A stretch of DNA of 64,000 bases. Source: Deltaproteobacteria bacterium. Its GTDB lineage: Bacteria; Bdellovibrionota; UBA2394. The stretch covers positions 5,882 to 69,881 of the forward strand of contig JAFLCD010000002.1 of assembly GCA_017302715.1 (NCBI GenBank), in the 5' to 3' direction. Both the position numbers and the translations under genes were made by a program. The notes beneath the pieces were generated by a model. That model was not told the DNA's origin. It was given only the letters and a program-made list of their open reading frames with translations, and did not search any database. Below are positions 18,632 through 27,542 of the stretch, piece after piece; the stretch's first letter is position 1; each line of letters begins with the position of its first letter.

Positions 18632-20413
18632 TTATTTAAAATTAAAGATAAGATTTTCTGGTTTCACCGGTTTTCCTAAGAAGAATCCTTGAGCACGATC
18701 GCATTGGCTGCTTTTAAGAACTTCAAATTGTTCTTTCGTTTCGACGCCTTCACCAATGGTTACTAAGTTAAAGCCATGCGCAAGTTCAACAATTGCATTC
18801 AAGATGCCACGAAACTTGGGCTCGTTACTCTTATGAATAATAGAACGATCTATTTTTAAAGATTGAACAGGAAATTTTTCAAGCTGAGTGATGGAAGAGA
18901 AACCTGTTCCAAACCCGTCGAGTAAAATTTGAACGCCCATCGCCATAAGATCTTTTAGAAATGAAATATTTTTTTCTCGGTTATTTAAAACATCCGCTTC
19001 TCTTACCTCAAGCCTAAGTTTCGAGGGGTCAAAATTTGTCTTCTGAATGACCTCATTTAAATTTCTTAAAAATTCATTATTTCTATAAGAGGCGGCGGCC
19101 ACATTGAGAGAAAGATTTAGATCTGAATGTCCTTTAAGATGCCAATCTTTCGTTTGTTGAATTGCTCTTTCAAGAATCCAAGCGTTAAGAGAATGGATGA
19201 ACTGACTCTGTTCAATGAACGGAATAAAGTTTCGTGCGGGAACCAATCCCAAGTCAGGACTTTGCCATCGCACGAGTGCCTGAACACTTGTCAGTTTATT
19301 TTCTGAAACACTAAATTCAGGTTGATAGTGAATTTCGAATTCATTTTTTTGCAAAGCTTCGATGAGTTGATTTTCAAGTTTCTTCACTTCATGAGCTTTG
19401 ACGTTGATCGAGGGTGAGAAGAAACAATACTGATTCTTACCAGACTGTTTGGCTCTCAACATCGCTGCATCTGCCGATGCGACAAGATCTTCTATGCTGC
19501 CTTGATCTTGAGGAAAAATACTAATTCCCATACTGACAGTAGGGGTGAGCTTAAATTTTTCGATTTGATAAGGTTCAGTAAGACTTTCTAAAATTCTTTC
19601 GGCGGCAATAGCTGCGGTCTGCGCCTTCTTTATATCGTAAAGAACGATAACAAATTCATCGCCGCCAATTCTTGCAACGATATCACCGGATCTTAAAGTT
19701 CTTAAGAGTCTGCCTGCAAAAGCTTTAAGTAATTTGTCAGCGATAGGATGGCCGTAAGTATCATTGATGCTTTTAAAATCATCTAAATCTAAAAAAACGG
19801 TCGCTAAAGTTTTTGCACCTCGTTGAGCCTGAGCGAGTGTTTGCTCAAAATGATAAAAAAATAATTTTCGATTAGGTAAACCAGTTAAATGATCGTGATC
19901 AGCTAAATGTCGGTGATGATCTTTTTCTTTTTCAAGCCCGAGCAAAATTTTATGTCGCTCGATGGCGTACTTAATAGACTCAGAAAGTAAATTTCCATTG
20001 ATCGATCCTTTGACGATATATTCCTGAGCTCCTCGTCGAACTGCTTCAAGGCCCATTGCTTCGTCGTTCAGACCTGTCATGACGATAATGGGAAGTGAAA
20101 TTCCCTCTTGTCTCAATTTGTCTATGGATTCCAAGCCGTGACAGTCAGGTAAATTTAAATCCAGAATAATCGCCGAGAAACTTTCTTTTTGAATTACCTT
20201 AATCGCCTTTGAAAGTCGCTTTACGTGAACAACTGTAAATCGATTGGCATCATCGGATCGTCCAAGAACTTTTTTGAAAAGCTCTGCATCAGAGGGAGAG
20301 TCTTCAACGATGAGAAGGTTGATGGTGCCTTCGGGGTGTGTGGTTGTCTCTTGAGCGTGTTTGGTGGCAATTTCGATATCCCGAAAAAGGTTCTCTTCAA
20401 TTTTCTGCATCAT
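18632..20413 (-). CDS. Response regulator with REC-GGDEF-EAL architecture (EAL degenerate)
   Basis: REC domain (LLIVEDSPSD, ILDLNLPD). GGDEF domain (RIGGDEF) with an RSGD I-site. The EAL domain reads SVQALVRW and LLDGFGTGFSS. Start placed at the ATGATG after GGGGAGAG. Confidence 0.9.
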   Translation of the reverse strand: MMQKIEENLFRDIEIATKHAQETTTHPEGTINLLIVEDSPSDAELFKKVLGRSDDANRFTVVHVKRLSKAIKVIQKESFSAIILDLNLPDCHGLESIDKLRQEGISLPIIVMTGLNDEAMGLEAVRRGAQEYIVKGSINGNLLSESIKYAIERHKILLGLEKEKDHHRHLADHDHLTGLPNRKLFFYHFEQTLAQAQRGAKTLATVFLDLDDFKSINDTYGHPIADKLLKAFAGRLLRTLRSGDIVARIGGDEFVIVLYDIKKAQTAAIAAERILESLTEPYQIEKFKLTPTVSMGISIFPQDQGSIEDLVASADAAMLRAKQSGKNQYCFFSPSINVKAHEVKKLENQLIEALQKNEFEIHYQPEFSVSENKLTSVQALVRWQSPDLGLVPARNFIPFIEQSQFIHSLNAWILERAIQQTKDWHLKGHSDLNLSLNVAAASYRNNEFLRNLNEVIQKTNFDPSKLRLEVREADVLNNREKNISFLKDLMAMGVQILLDGFGTGFSSITQLEKFPVQSLKIDRSIIHKSNEPKFRGILNAIVELAHGFNLVTIGEGVETKEQFEVLKSSQCDRAQGFFLGKPVKPENLIFNFK

Positions 20414-20518
20414 AACTCTCCCCATTTCATTGTAGTGGCAAGGCGTCAGAATAAATAGACCCACCCACTTTTATGAAGAGATCGTAAAAATTTTAAAAAA
20501 TTAAATCAGTGTGAAGAA

Positions 20519-21283
20519 TTAGACGAAACTATTGAGGCAATAACCTACGCCATAAACGCATTGAATGTGATCAAGAGCAGGCGAACATTTTCGTTTAAGT
20601 GAGCTGATATGTTTATCAACTGTTCTAAAAGAGACTTGTTTAGGATCGTTATTCCAGATCTCAGTGACAATTTGAGAGCGACTCATCACTTCACCAGGGT
20701 TTCCACTTAGAAGAACTAGAATTCTAAACTCAATAGGAGTGAGAGGAATGACTTGGTTTTCTTGATTTCGCTTCAAAGAAACCACTTGCTTCAACAGGTC
20801 GATTTCTAAATTTCCAAGATTTAAATTGCCTGGTGCATTCAAAACAAAAGAGTCGGTGGCGGCATTAGCTCTTCCTTTAAATCTTTCAATCGCAAGTGTT
20901 ACAAATCTAGCAAGATACTCTTCAGGAATTTCTCCTTTAATAAAATATTCTTCAGCTCCTCGTCTGACGGCTTGAATACCCAAGACTTCGTCTTGGTAGC
21001 CTGTAAGTACTAAAATAGGTAAATGAAGATTCTTTGCGAGAAGGGCCTCAAGTGTGGAAAGTCCACTGCTATCGGGAAGAAATAGATCCACGATAATTGC
21101 ATCAAATTCCATATGATTGAGAAGCGAAGCGGCTTCTCCCAAATTGGTCGTATGATGAACTTCAAATACGGCTAATCGAGAGTCTCTTAAAGATCTAGAA
21201 ACCAACTGAACGTCGCTGGGATTATCTTCAATAAAGAGGATTTTAAGGAGAGGTTTTTCTTCGACTTTAAGATTTTGGTTCAT
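20519..21283 (-). CDS. OmpR/PhoB-family response regulator
   Basis: REC domain (FIEDNPSD, IIVDLFLPD, LVLTG, IKG) plus a winged-helix Trans_reg_C domain (LTPIEFRIL...VDKHISSLRKK-like). Confidence 0.9.
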   Translation of the reverse strand: MNQNLKVEEKPLLKILFIEDNPSDVQLVSRSLRDSRLAVFEVHHTTNLGEAASLLNHMEFDAIIVDLFLPDSSGLSTLEALLAKNLHLPILVLTGYQDEVLGIQAVRRGAEEYFIKGEIPEEYLARFVTLAIERFKGRANAATDSFVLNAPGNLNLGNLEIDLLKQVVSLKRNQENQVIPLTPIEFRILVLLSGNPGEVMSRSQIVTEIWNNDPKQVSFRTVDKHISSLKRKCSPALDHIQCVYGVGYCLNSFV

Positions 21284-21393
21284 ACGACAGAGTCCTTTCA
21301 GTAATACTGAATAAACAATAATTATTTAGTTATACCAAGAATGAAAACTAAACAATATTAATTAACGAAGGAAACTTCTTTTTTTTCTCTATC

Positions 21394-22164
21394 TTAAGCC
21401 GAAAGGGAAATAGAAGTGCTTGCCGGTTTAGGGATTGTGAAATAAAAGTGGGAACCTTTGCCAAATGAAGACTGCACCCAAATCTTGCCGCCATGTCGCT
21501 CAACGATCTTTTTTGCAATACTTAGACCGATTCCGCTGCCGGGATATTCGTCTCGCGTATGAAGTCTTCTAAAAACTTCAAAAATACGCTCGGAAAACTT
21601 AGGATCGATTCCAATTCCATTATCTCTAACGCAAAAAGTCCAATTTTCATCATCTTCATGCGCTGAAATAGAAATAAGAGGTGAACGATCGCTTTGAAAT
21701 TTAATAGCATTTCCAATCAAATTTTGAAAAACCTGTATAAATTGGAGTCCATCGACCGATAGATTGGGGAGGCCAGATTCAAACTTAATTTCGGCCTTAG
21801 ATTCAGAGATTGAAGCTCGCAAGTTCTCGACTGCTACGCTGACGATATCGTTAAAACTTTTATTTTCTAATCGAATATCAGCACTAGAAGCTCTAGAAAC
21901 CTCAAGGAGATCTTTAATTAGCTGGCTCATGCGATGACTAGCATCCAGCATAAAATTTAAATAATCTTGAGCTTCTGCGGGAAGCTGCTCGTGAAAATCT
22001 TTTTTTAGCAATTGAGCCCAGCTCGAGATAGTTCTTAAAGGCTCTTGTAAATCGTGAGAGGCGATATAAACGAATTGCTCCAATTCAGCATTTAACTTTT
22101 TCAATTCTGAATTGTTGTCTGCTTTTGTTAAATTTTCCAACCCAAAGCCCTCCACTTGATTCAT
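21394..22164 (-). CDS. Soluble minimal histidine kinase (HisKA + HATPase_c only)
   Basis: The H-box [10 protein letters not shown] has its His at residue 37. N box [10 protein letters not shown]1 DNGIGI, G2 GSGIGLSI. No TM or sensor domain. Confidence 0.9.
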   Translation of the reverse strand: MNQVEGFGLENLTKADNNSELKKLNAELEQFVYIASHDLQEPLRTISSWAQLLKKDFHEQLPAEAQDYLNFMLDASHRMSQLIKDLLEVSRASSADIRLENKSFNDIVSVAVENLRASISESKAEIKFESGLPNLSVDGLQFIQVFQNLIGNAIKFQSDRSPLISISAHEDDENWTFCVRDNGIGIDPKFSERIFEVFRRLHTRDEYPGSGIGLSIAKKIVERHGGKIWVQSSFGKGSHFYFTIPKPASTSISLSA

Positions 22165-22246
22165 TTTAAATTAATTTTATTTAAGATGGAGGTTGGGGAA
22201 AAAATAAAAAATTGAAAACGAATTTGTGATAAATTTTTAATATTCG

Positions 22247-22264
22247 TGTGAAGGTAAATTCACA
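22247..22264. promoter_or_regulatory. Perfect inverted repeat TGTGAA-N6-TTCACA
   Basis: Read directly from the sequence. It lies 25 nt past the stop of the 409-aa gene and 83 nt upstream of the kinase ATG (22164). Confidence 0.3.
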
Positions 22265-22289
22265 AAAATGAGGAAAAAAATAATGCTCT

Positions 22290-23519
22290 TTAATTTCCGC
22301 GGTTTTCGGCGATTCGCATATTAAGCTCATGCATAACTTTATAATGTTCATCCCAAAGTTTGGCTTTCTGTAGTATGGGCTTGAAGGCATCTCCATAAGC
22401 ATCTAAAATCAATTTCATTTGTTGAAGTTGATTTATTTTTCCATCGAACTTTCCTGAAACCACTAAATTTGTAAAAAAGTCTCGAGTTTTTTCAATCGTA
22501 GAAGTGACTTCTTGAAAACTAATTTTACCTTCTTGAGAAAATTCTCCATCCGCAGTTTCTTTTTTAATATTTTCTAAAAGTAAACCGGGCGCTGTAAAAA
22601 TTCCCAGGAAGATCATAAGAGAAGAATCAAAATCTTTTCCTAAGAAAGCGCAAATTCCATCCGGTAAACTTTTAACGGTGTAGCCATAGTAAACATTTGA
22701 AATCGCATCTCTTAAAAAAGTCCACATATCGAGTTCGATTTCTGGCTTGTCACCGATCTCATATATTTTTTCGGGAGGCATGGGCAACTTATTTAAATGT
22801 TCTTGTTTATTCAATTCGAGATACTGCTCTCTAACTGCCAACGGAACTTTGGGTGAATATAAAATTCCTCCACGAATCATTCGCATAGTGGCTTGATCGA
22901 ATCCAGCGCGATCAAAATTTGGAATAATTTCGGCAGCCTCCGTCATAATTTTTTCATAGAGTTCTGCATACCCAGTTGAAAATCCATCCGGAGACTCTCT
23001 AAAGAATTCGACTGGTGACATATTACTTAATCTCCTCCAGTCCAAATTTAATAAATAGCTAGCAATATGTCGGTCTGCGATATCGTCAATATCATGGAGA
23101 AGATAAGCCATGGCTTTTGTGACGATCGCAATTTCTCTTGTTTTGAAATGAGCGGCACTAACGACGTATCCCTGAATACCAATCTCCCACATTGCATGGG
23201 AACGCCCTTTAACATTAGGTTTCCATAGTTTAGGCATGCCTGGCATTCCAACTTCTTCTCGATTTAAGAAAAATTCGAGTGCCCCGTTGTTAACCGAGTC
23301 GATTCGCGTTTTTCGATCCGTTTTTTTATTAGAAGGAAAAGTTGAACGTAAAATCTTCCTCTCGTCGCTTTCGTCTTTTCGCTCCATGAATCCGTCAGGG
23401 GAATAGGTCAACCCAAGTTTGCTCATAATTTGTCGACATTGAGTTATATTGTAAGCGTAAGTTGAGCGCACAAGGCAGGAGGCTAAAAGATTTAAAATTA
23501 TAAGGACTAAGACCTTCAA
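22290..23519 (-). CDS. Exported hypothetical protein with H-x33-HD / DDxxD acidic motif
   Basis: Signal-like N-terminus MKVLVLIILNLLASC. Motif SHAMWEIG...AMAYLLHDIDDIADRH, encoded at 23067-23096. Confidence 0.6.
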   Translation of the reverse strand: MKVLVLIILNLLASCLVRSTYAYNITQCRQIMSKLGLTYSPDGFMERKDESDERKILRSTFPSNKKTDRKTRIDSVNNGALEFFLNREEVGMPGMPKLWKPNVKGRSHAMWEIGIQGYVVSAAHFKTREIAIVTKAMAYLLHDIDDIADRHIASYLLNLDWRRLSNMSPVEFFRESPDGFSTGYAELYEKIMTEAAEIIPNFDRAGFDQATMRMIRGGILYSPKVPLAVREQYLELNKQEHLNKLPMPPEKIYEIGDKPEIELDMWTFLRDAISNVYYGYTVKSLPDGICAFLGKDFDSSLMIFLGIFTAPGLLLENIKKETADGEFSQEGKISFQEVTSTIEKTRDFFTNLVVSGKFDGKINQLQQMKLILDAYGDAFKPILQKAKLWDEHYKVMHELNMRIAENRGN

Positions 23520-23559
23520 GATTTCTCGCCTTTCAAAGATGCGAGATTAATAGAGGAAA

Positions 23560-23612
23560 TTCGGGAGAAGTCAACTCGCTGATGGGTTAATTCCGCAAAT
23601 GACTTTCCCGAA
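23560..23612 (-). terminator. Candidate hairpin (12-bp stem with one bulge, 28-nt loop) after the lipoprotein gene
   Basis: TTCGGGAGAAGTC (23560-23572) pairs with GACTTTCCCGAA (23601-23612). On the minus strand it is followed by TTTCCTCTATT. Confidence 0.35.
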
Positions 23613-23655
23613 TAAAATCTCAATAAAATAGCAGTATAGGGCTTAAGGATCGGTT

Positions 23656-24630
23656 TTATTTTCCAATAAAAGCTTTAAATTTCTCTTTTGTTTCTTCTCG
23701 AAAATTAGAAAAGTTCGATTGAAATTCATCCCATTCTTTTTGAAAACTTTCTTTCATTTCTTCCCATTTTTCATCGGTGGCTGCTGCGAGTTCTTTACGA
23801 CGTTCATTGAGTTTAGCTTGTTGCTCTTGAACGGCTTGCCACTTTTCTTTGAGTTCAGTTTTTACAGAATCAGATGCGGCTTCGAAATTTCTAGAAATTT
23901 CCTCTTTTTGTTCGCTCAAAGTTTGCGACACTTCTTGATATTTTGCATCCCACTCCGCGCGCTTTAAGGATCCAATGGCGCGACCTTTAATTCCTGCGAG
24001 ATCTTTTTCTAAGGAAGCTTGTGTTTCATTCCATTTTTTAGAATCTGTAATCTCGAGAGATTCTTTAGCAGACTTTTCCCAGGTTTTTAGGGTCATCTGT
24101 AAATTTGCTGCTCTTACTCTCGCATCAACGGCAGAGTGAGCTTTAAGCTTAGCAATTTCTTCGGCGATAGAGTCTGATTCGACTTCAACTTTTTCTTTAA
24201 CAAATTTCACTTTGTTTGCAAAAATTAAGCTAGCTGTTTCAAATGCGGCTAAGTCCTTATCCATAGTATCTGCAATACCTGGCCAATCTTTCTCAGTGGC
24301 CACCACCAAAGATTTTCGAAGTTCGGTAAGAGCTGCTCGAGGCCGATCTAAATTCTGCTGCTGTTTTCTTAATTCATTTCTTTGCCAATTAATGTCATCA
24401 AAAGCTTTTGCACTTTTAGAATTGAATTCATCGATGCCTTGCAATCTTTCATCTAAGGCCGCCACGTATTCACTTCGGATAGTTCGGCGTTCTTGAACTG
24501 GCTTAACTTCAATAGTAGCGGGAACAGCCGCTAATTGATCATTTTTCTTTTTATCTCCGCAAGCAACGCCGATGCCGGCGATTAGAACTAATGCGCTCAG
24601 CATTTTAAAATTTAACAAAATACTTTTCAT
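23656..24630 (-). CDS. Lipoprotein, long amphipathic helical repeat protein
   Basis: Lipobox IGVAC/G. The mature part is K/E/Q-rich with eight regularly embedded Trp residues. Confidence 0.7.
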   Translation of the reverse strand: MKSILLNFKMLSALVLIAGIGVACGDKKKNDQLAAVPATIEVKPVQERRTIRSEYVAALDERLQGIDEFNSKSAKAFDDINWQRNELRKQQQNLDRPRAALTELRKSLVVATEKDWPGIADTMDKDLAAFETASLIFANKVKFVKEKVEVESDSIAEEIAKLKAHSAVDARVRAANLQMTLKTWEKSAKESLEITDSKKWNETQASLEKDLAGIKGRAIGSLKRAEWDAKYQEVSQTLSEQKEEISRNFEAASDSVKTELKEKWQAVQEQQAKLNERRKELAAATDEKWEEMKESFQKEWDEFQSNFSNFREETKEKFKAFIGK

Positions 24631-24711
24631 AAGGATCCTTTCTAGAAATCAGATTTATTTTTAATGATTGAAATATGGAGTAAGTCTTATCGAAAGGGTG
24701 AACCGTCGAAT

Positions 24712-25089
24712 TCAGACTAAAGATAGTGAGTCTTTTACAATGCTGACGAGGTCTTCGATGCTAGAGGGCTTTTGAAAGAAAGGGATAGAAATTTCACTTC
24801 TTTCAATAATTTGATCGCGTTTGGAAAATGAAGACATGGTGATCACTTTACAATTGGAAAGTGACTCCTGAGATTTTAAAAAATCCAAAAATTCGTTTAA
24901 CGAGAGTCCGGGCATTCTAAAATCTAAAATAATTAAATCGGGCTTCCAGTTTGTTTGTAAGAGAGCTAGTGCTTCATTTCTTGAGCTTGAGGTCTTTACT
25001 AAGAAATCTGGGCCTTCAAGCGCAAGTTGATATAAAGTTCTCACTTCTTCGTTGTCATCTACGATAAGAATATTTTTCATTAAACTCAC
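24712..25089 (-). CDS. Single-domain response regulator (CheY-like)
   Basis: Receiver-domain conserved positions DD (IVDDNE), D (ILDFRMPG), S (TMSS) and K (QKP). Confidence 0.9.
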   Translation of the reverse strand: MSLMKNILIVDDNEEVRTLYQLALEGPDFLVKTSSSRNEALALLQTNWKPDLIILDFRMPGLSLNEFLDFLKSQESLSNCKVITMSSFSKRDQIIERSEISIPFFQKPSSIEDLVSIVKDSLSLV

Positions 25090-25097
25090 AAAATTTC

Positions 25098-25478
25098 CTA
25101 AACAAAAGCGGGGCCGGCATTAGGTCTGTCGCAAAAACTTTTTGCTAGATTAAGGAGCTCGTCGATTTCAGCTGGCTTTTTTAGAGTTTGATATTCATCG
25201 CTTAAAGCCTTTGGAATTTTTGTTGCAAAAACAATAATTTTTATGTTTTCGACCAACTTCAATTCTTTCGCTGAACGTAAAAACTCTTCGCCGCTCATCA
25301 CAGGCATATTGAGATCCATAAAAATAAGAGAAATATTATGAGGCTTTTTTAAAATATCAATCGCCTGAGCTCCATGACAGGCCTCTAGGGCTGTAAAGCC
25401 ATCAAGTTCAAAGAGATCTTTGATAGCCGATCTTAGCTCATCATTGTCTTCAATCAGAAGTATGTCGTGACCGTTCAT
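25098..25478 (-). CDS. Single-domain response regulator (CheY-like)
   Basis: LLIEDND, IFMDLNMP, VFAT and LKKP. The ATG lies 1 nt after the stop of the upstream kinase. Confidence 0.9.
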   Translation of the reverse strand: MNGHDILLIEDNDELRSAIKDLFELDGFTALEACHGAQAIDILKKPHNISLIFMDLNMPVMSGEEFLRSAKELKLVENIKIIVFATKIPKALSDEYQTLKKPAEIDELLNLAKSFCDRPNAGPAFV

Positions 25479-25479
25479 T

Positions 25480-26313
25480 TCAATGACATTCCTTTGATAT
25501 AAATTCACTTTTAATTTCACGAGTCAGTGGCATTCGCACCGTAAAAGTAGAGCCTTCATTTAACTGACTGTTAAAATAAATTCGCCCGCCATGAGCCAAA
25601 ACAATCTGTCTAGTGATATAAAGTCCAACTCCTAAGCCAGAGCTGGGATTGCTTTCTCCAATTTTTTTAAATTTTTTAAAAATCTTACAGAAATCTTTCT
25701 GATCGATACCGATTCCTGAATCTTTGACTTCTACAATCATTTGATCCGTTTCAGTATAAATTTTTACTTGAATCGGCTTTGCATTTCCAAATCTAATCGC
25801 ATTTGAAATTAAATTACTGAGAACTTGATCAAGGCCGCGTCGATCAAAATTTCCATGCATTTCATGATCTATATTTAAACTTATGGGAGTATGTGCATCG
25901 TTTGCTTCATCTTGAAAGCGATGTAAAATTTCGGTGGAAAGTTTATTGATCTGAATGTCTTCTAGATCAAGTTTCATTCGACCGTTCATAATTCGAGAAA
26001 CATCTAAAAGTTGATCTACGAGACCAATCAAGCGAGTGGTCTGACGATGACTGATCTGAAATATTTTTTCTAAATGCTCTTTTGAAAAAATGCGAGGATC
26101 GTTTTTTTCAATTTGACGTAAAGCCATCTGCATATGAATTGTAAGCGTAGAAAGAGGAGTTCTTAATTCGTGCGCTGCAATACTTAAAAATTCATCTCGG
26201 GCAGCGAGAGCCAGCTGAAGCTGGTGCTCCGTTTCATCTCCGTTGTCCGTCTCATCAGATTCAGAAACAGCAAGATAAGGATTAATTTTTAAATCATTTG
26301 AACTCATCTTCAT
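25480..26313 (-). CDS. Soluble minimal histidine kinase
   Basis: The H-box AAHELRTPL has its His at residue 48. NLISNAIRF, DSGIGI and GLGVGLYI. No sensor domain. Confidence 0.9.
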   Translation of the reverse strand: MKMSSNDLKINPYLAVSESDETDNGDETEHQLQLALAARDEFLSIAAHELRTPLSTLTIHMQMALRQIEKNDPRIFSKEHLEKIFQISHRQTTRLIGLVDQLLDVSRIMNGRMKLDLEDIQINKLSTEILHRFQDEANDAHTPISLNIDHEMHGNFDRRGLDQVLSNLISNAIRFGNAKPIQVKIYTETDQMIVEVKDSGIGIDQKDFCKIFKKFKKIGESNPSSGLGVGLYITRQIVLAHGGRIYFNSQLNEGSTFTVRMPLTREIKSEFISKECH

Positions 26314-26350
26314 ACTCTCATCATAAGATCTGATCTTTTAAAAAACTCCG

Positions 26351-27481
26351 TCAAAAGTTAGTTCCCACCTCATGTTTCGGTATTGAAAATTTAAAACAAC
26401 TGCCGTAACCCAATTCGGACTCCAAAGAAATCTCCCCCCCATGAAGTTCAACAATTTTTTTCACGGTTGCCAGACCAATACCATTTCCGGAGGCTCCTGT
26501 TGCATTTTCACTGCGCTGAAAAATTTGAAAAATAGATTCAAAGTCTGCAGGCCTAATTCCAATGCCATTGTCTTCAACTCGAAATTGGTACGAATCACAG
26601 GTCTCGCTTGTTAAAATTTTAATATGAGGAGCTCTTTCAGGACTTCTATATTTAATCGCATTCGAAAGAAGGTTCTGAAAAAGTCGAGTCAATTGAATTT
26701 CATCTGCATAAATATGAGGAAGGCACTTATATTCAATCGTAGCACCGCTTCCTTCAATGGCTTGGAGTAAACTCGTTTTCACATTTTCTATGATCGTTTC
26801 GCAGGAGATACATTTGAAGCTCGCATGGTCTTTTCCAATTTGTGAATACTCAAGAAGTGAATCAATTAATCCGAGCAGCTTCTTTGTATTTTCACTTGCA
26901 TGGCGTATGCAATCTTCAGTTTTTGCCACATCTTTTTTGTTTTGATGAGCGAGATCCAGCCATAGCGAAATTGATTTGAGAGGTTCTTTTAAGTCATGAG
27001 AAGCGATTGCCGCAAATTCAGCTAACTCTCTGTTGGATCGCGATACCTCATTCGTTTTTCTCTCAAGACCCTTCATGGTCTCCTTCAGTTTGGATTCAGC
27101 TTTAATTTGAGCGGTGATATCTCGAAAATAACTGGTGAGCCCTTCGTTCGAAGGAAAAAGCCGAGTCTCAAGCCACACATTGAATTCTTCTAAGTAAGTA
27201 ATAAAGCTCGTCGGATTTCCAGAGAGCATTGATTTTTGATAGTGATCGTAAATTTCTGTTCCTACATATTGAGGAACAATATCCCACAGGTTTTTTCCAA
27301 GAACTTGTTCGAAAGGCTTTTTTGCAATTTGAGTGGCAGGCTCGTTAGCGAATAAAATTGTCCACTGTCGATCAACAACGAAAAATCCGTCGGTGATCTT
27401 TTCTAAAATATGATAAATCATTTCTGAGCCGATAAAATGAATGCCGGCACGAGACTCAGAAGTTTTTTCTATTTTAGACAT
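26351..27481 (-). CDS. PAS-domain histidine kinase (soluble)
   Basis: About 120-aa PAS fold (DGFFVVDRQWTILFAN...), then ASHDLKEPL, NLLSNAIKY, DNGIGI and GNGIGL. Confidence 0.9.
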   Translation of the reverse strand: MSKIEKTSESRAGIHFIGSEMIYHILEKITDGFFVVDRQWTILFANEPATQIAKKPFEQVLGKNLWDIVPQYVGTEIYDHYQKSMLSGNPTSFITYLEEFNVWLETRLFPSNEGLTSYFRDITAQIKAESKLKETMKGLERKTNEVSRSNRELAEFAAIASHDLKEPLKSISLWLDLAHQNKKDVAKTEDCIRHASENTKKLLGLIDSLLEYSQIGKDHASFKCISCETIIENVKTSLLQAIEGSGATIEYKCLPHIYADEIQLTRLFQNLLSNAIKYRSPERAPHIKILTSETCDSYQFRVEDNGIGIRPADFESIFQIFQRSENATGASGNGIGLATVKKIVELHGGEISLESELGYGSCFKFSIPKHEVGTNF

Positions 27482-27542
27482 ATTAAGTAGAGAATCGTTT
27501 TTTCGTTCAAGGTTTCACCTTGTAACATTTATTTAAAAATAA

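Noticed and set aside
22290-23519. Reading the DDIAD in LLHDIDDIADR as the DDxxD motif of a class I terpene synthase or prenyl synthase.
   Set aside because: About 140 residues downstream the expected (N/D)Dxx(S/T)xxxE motif is not present (RDAISNVYY lacks the Glu). The surrounding LLHD context fits an HD motif better. It is kept only as a remote alternative.
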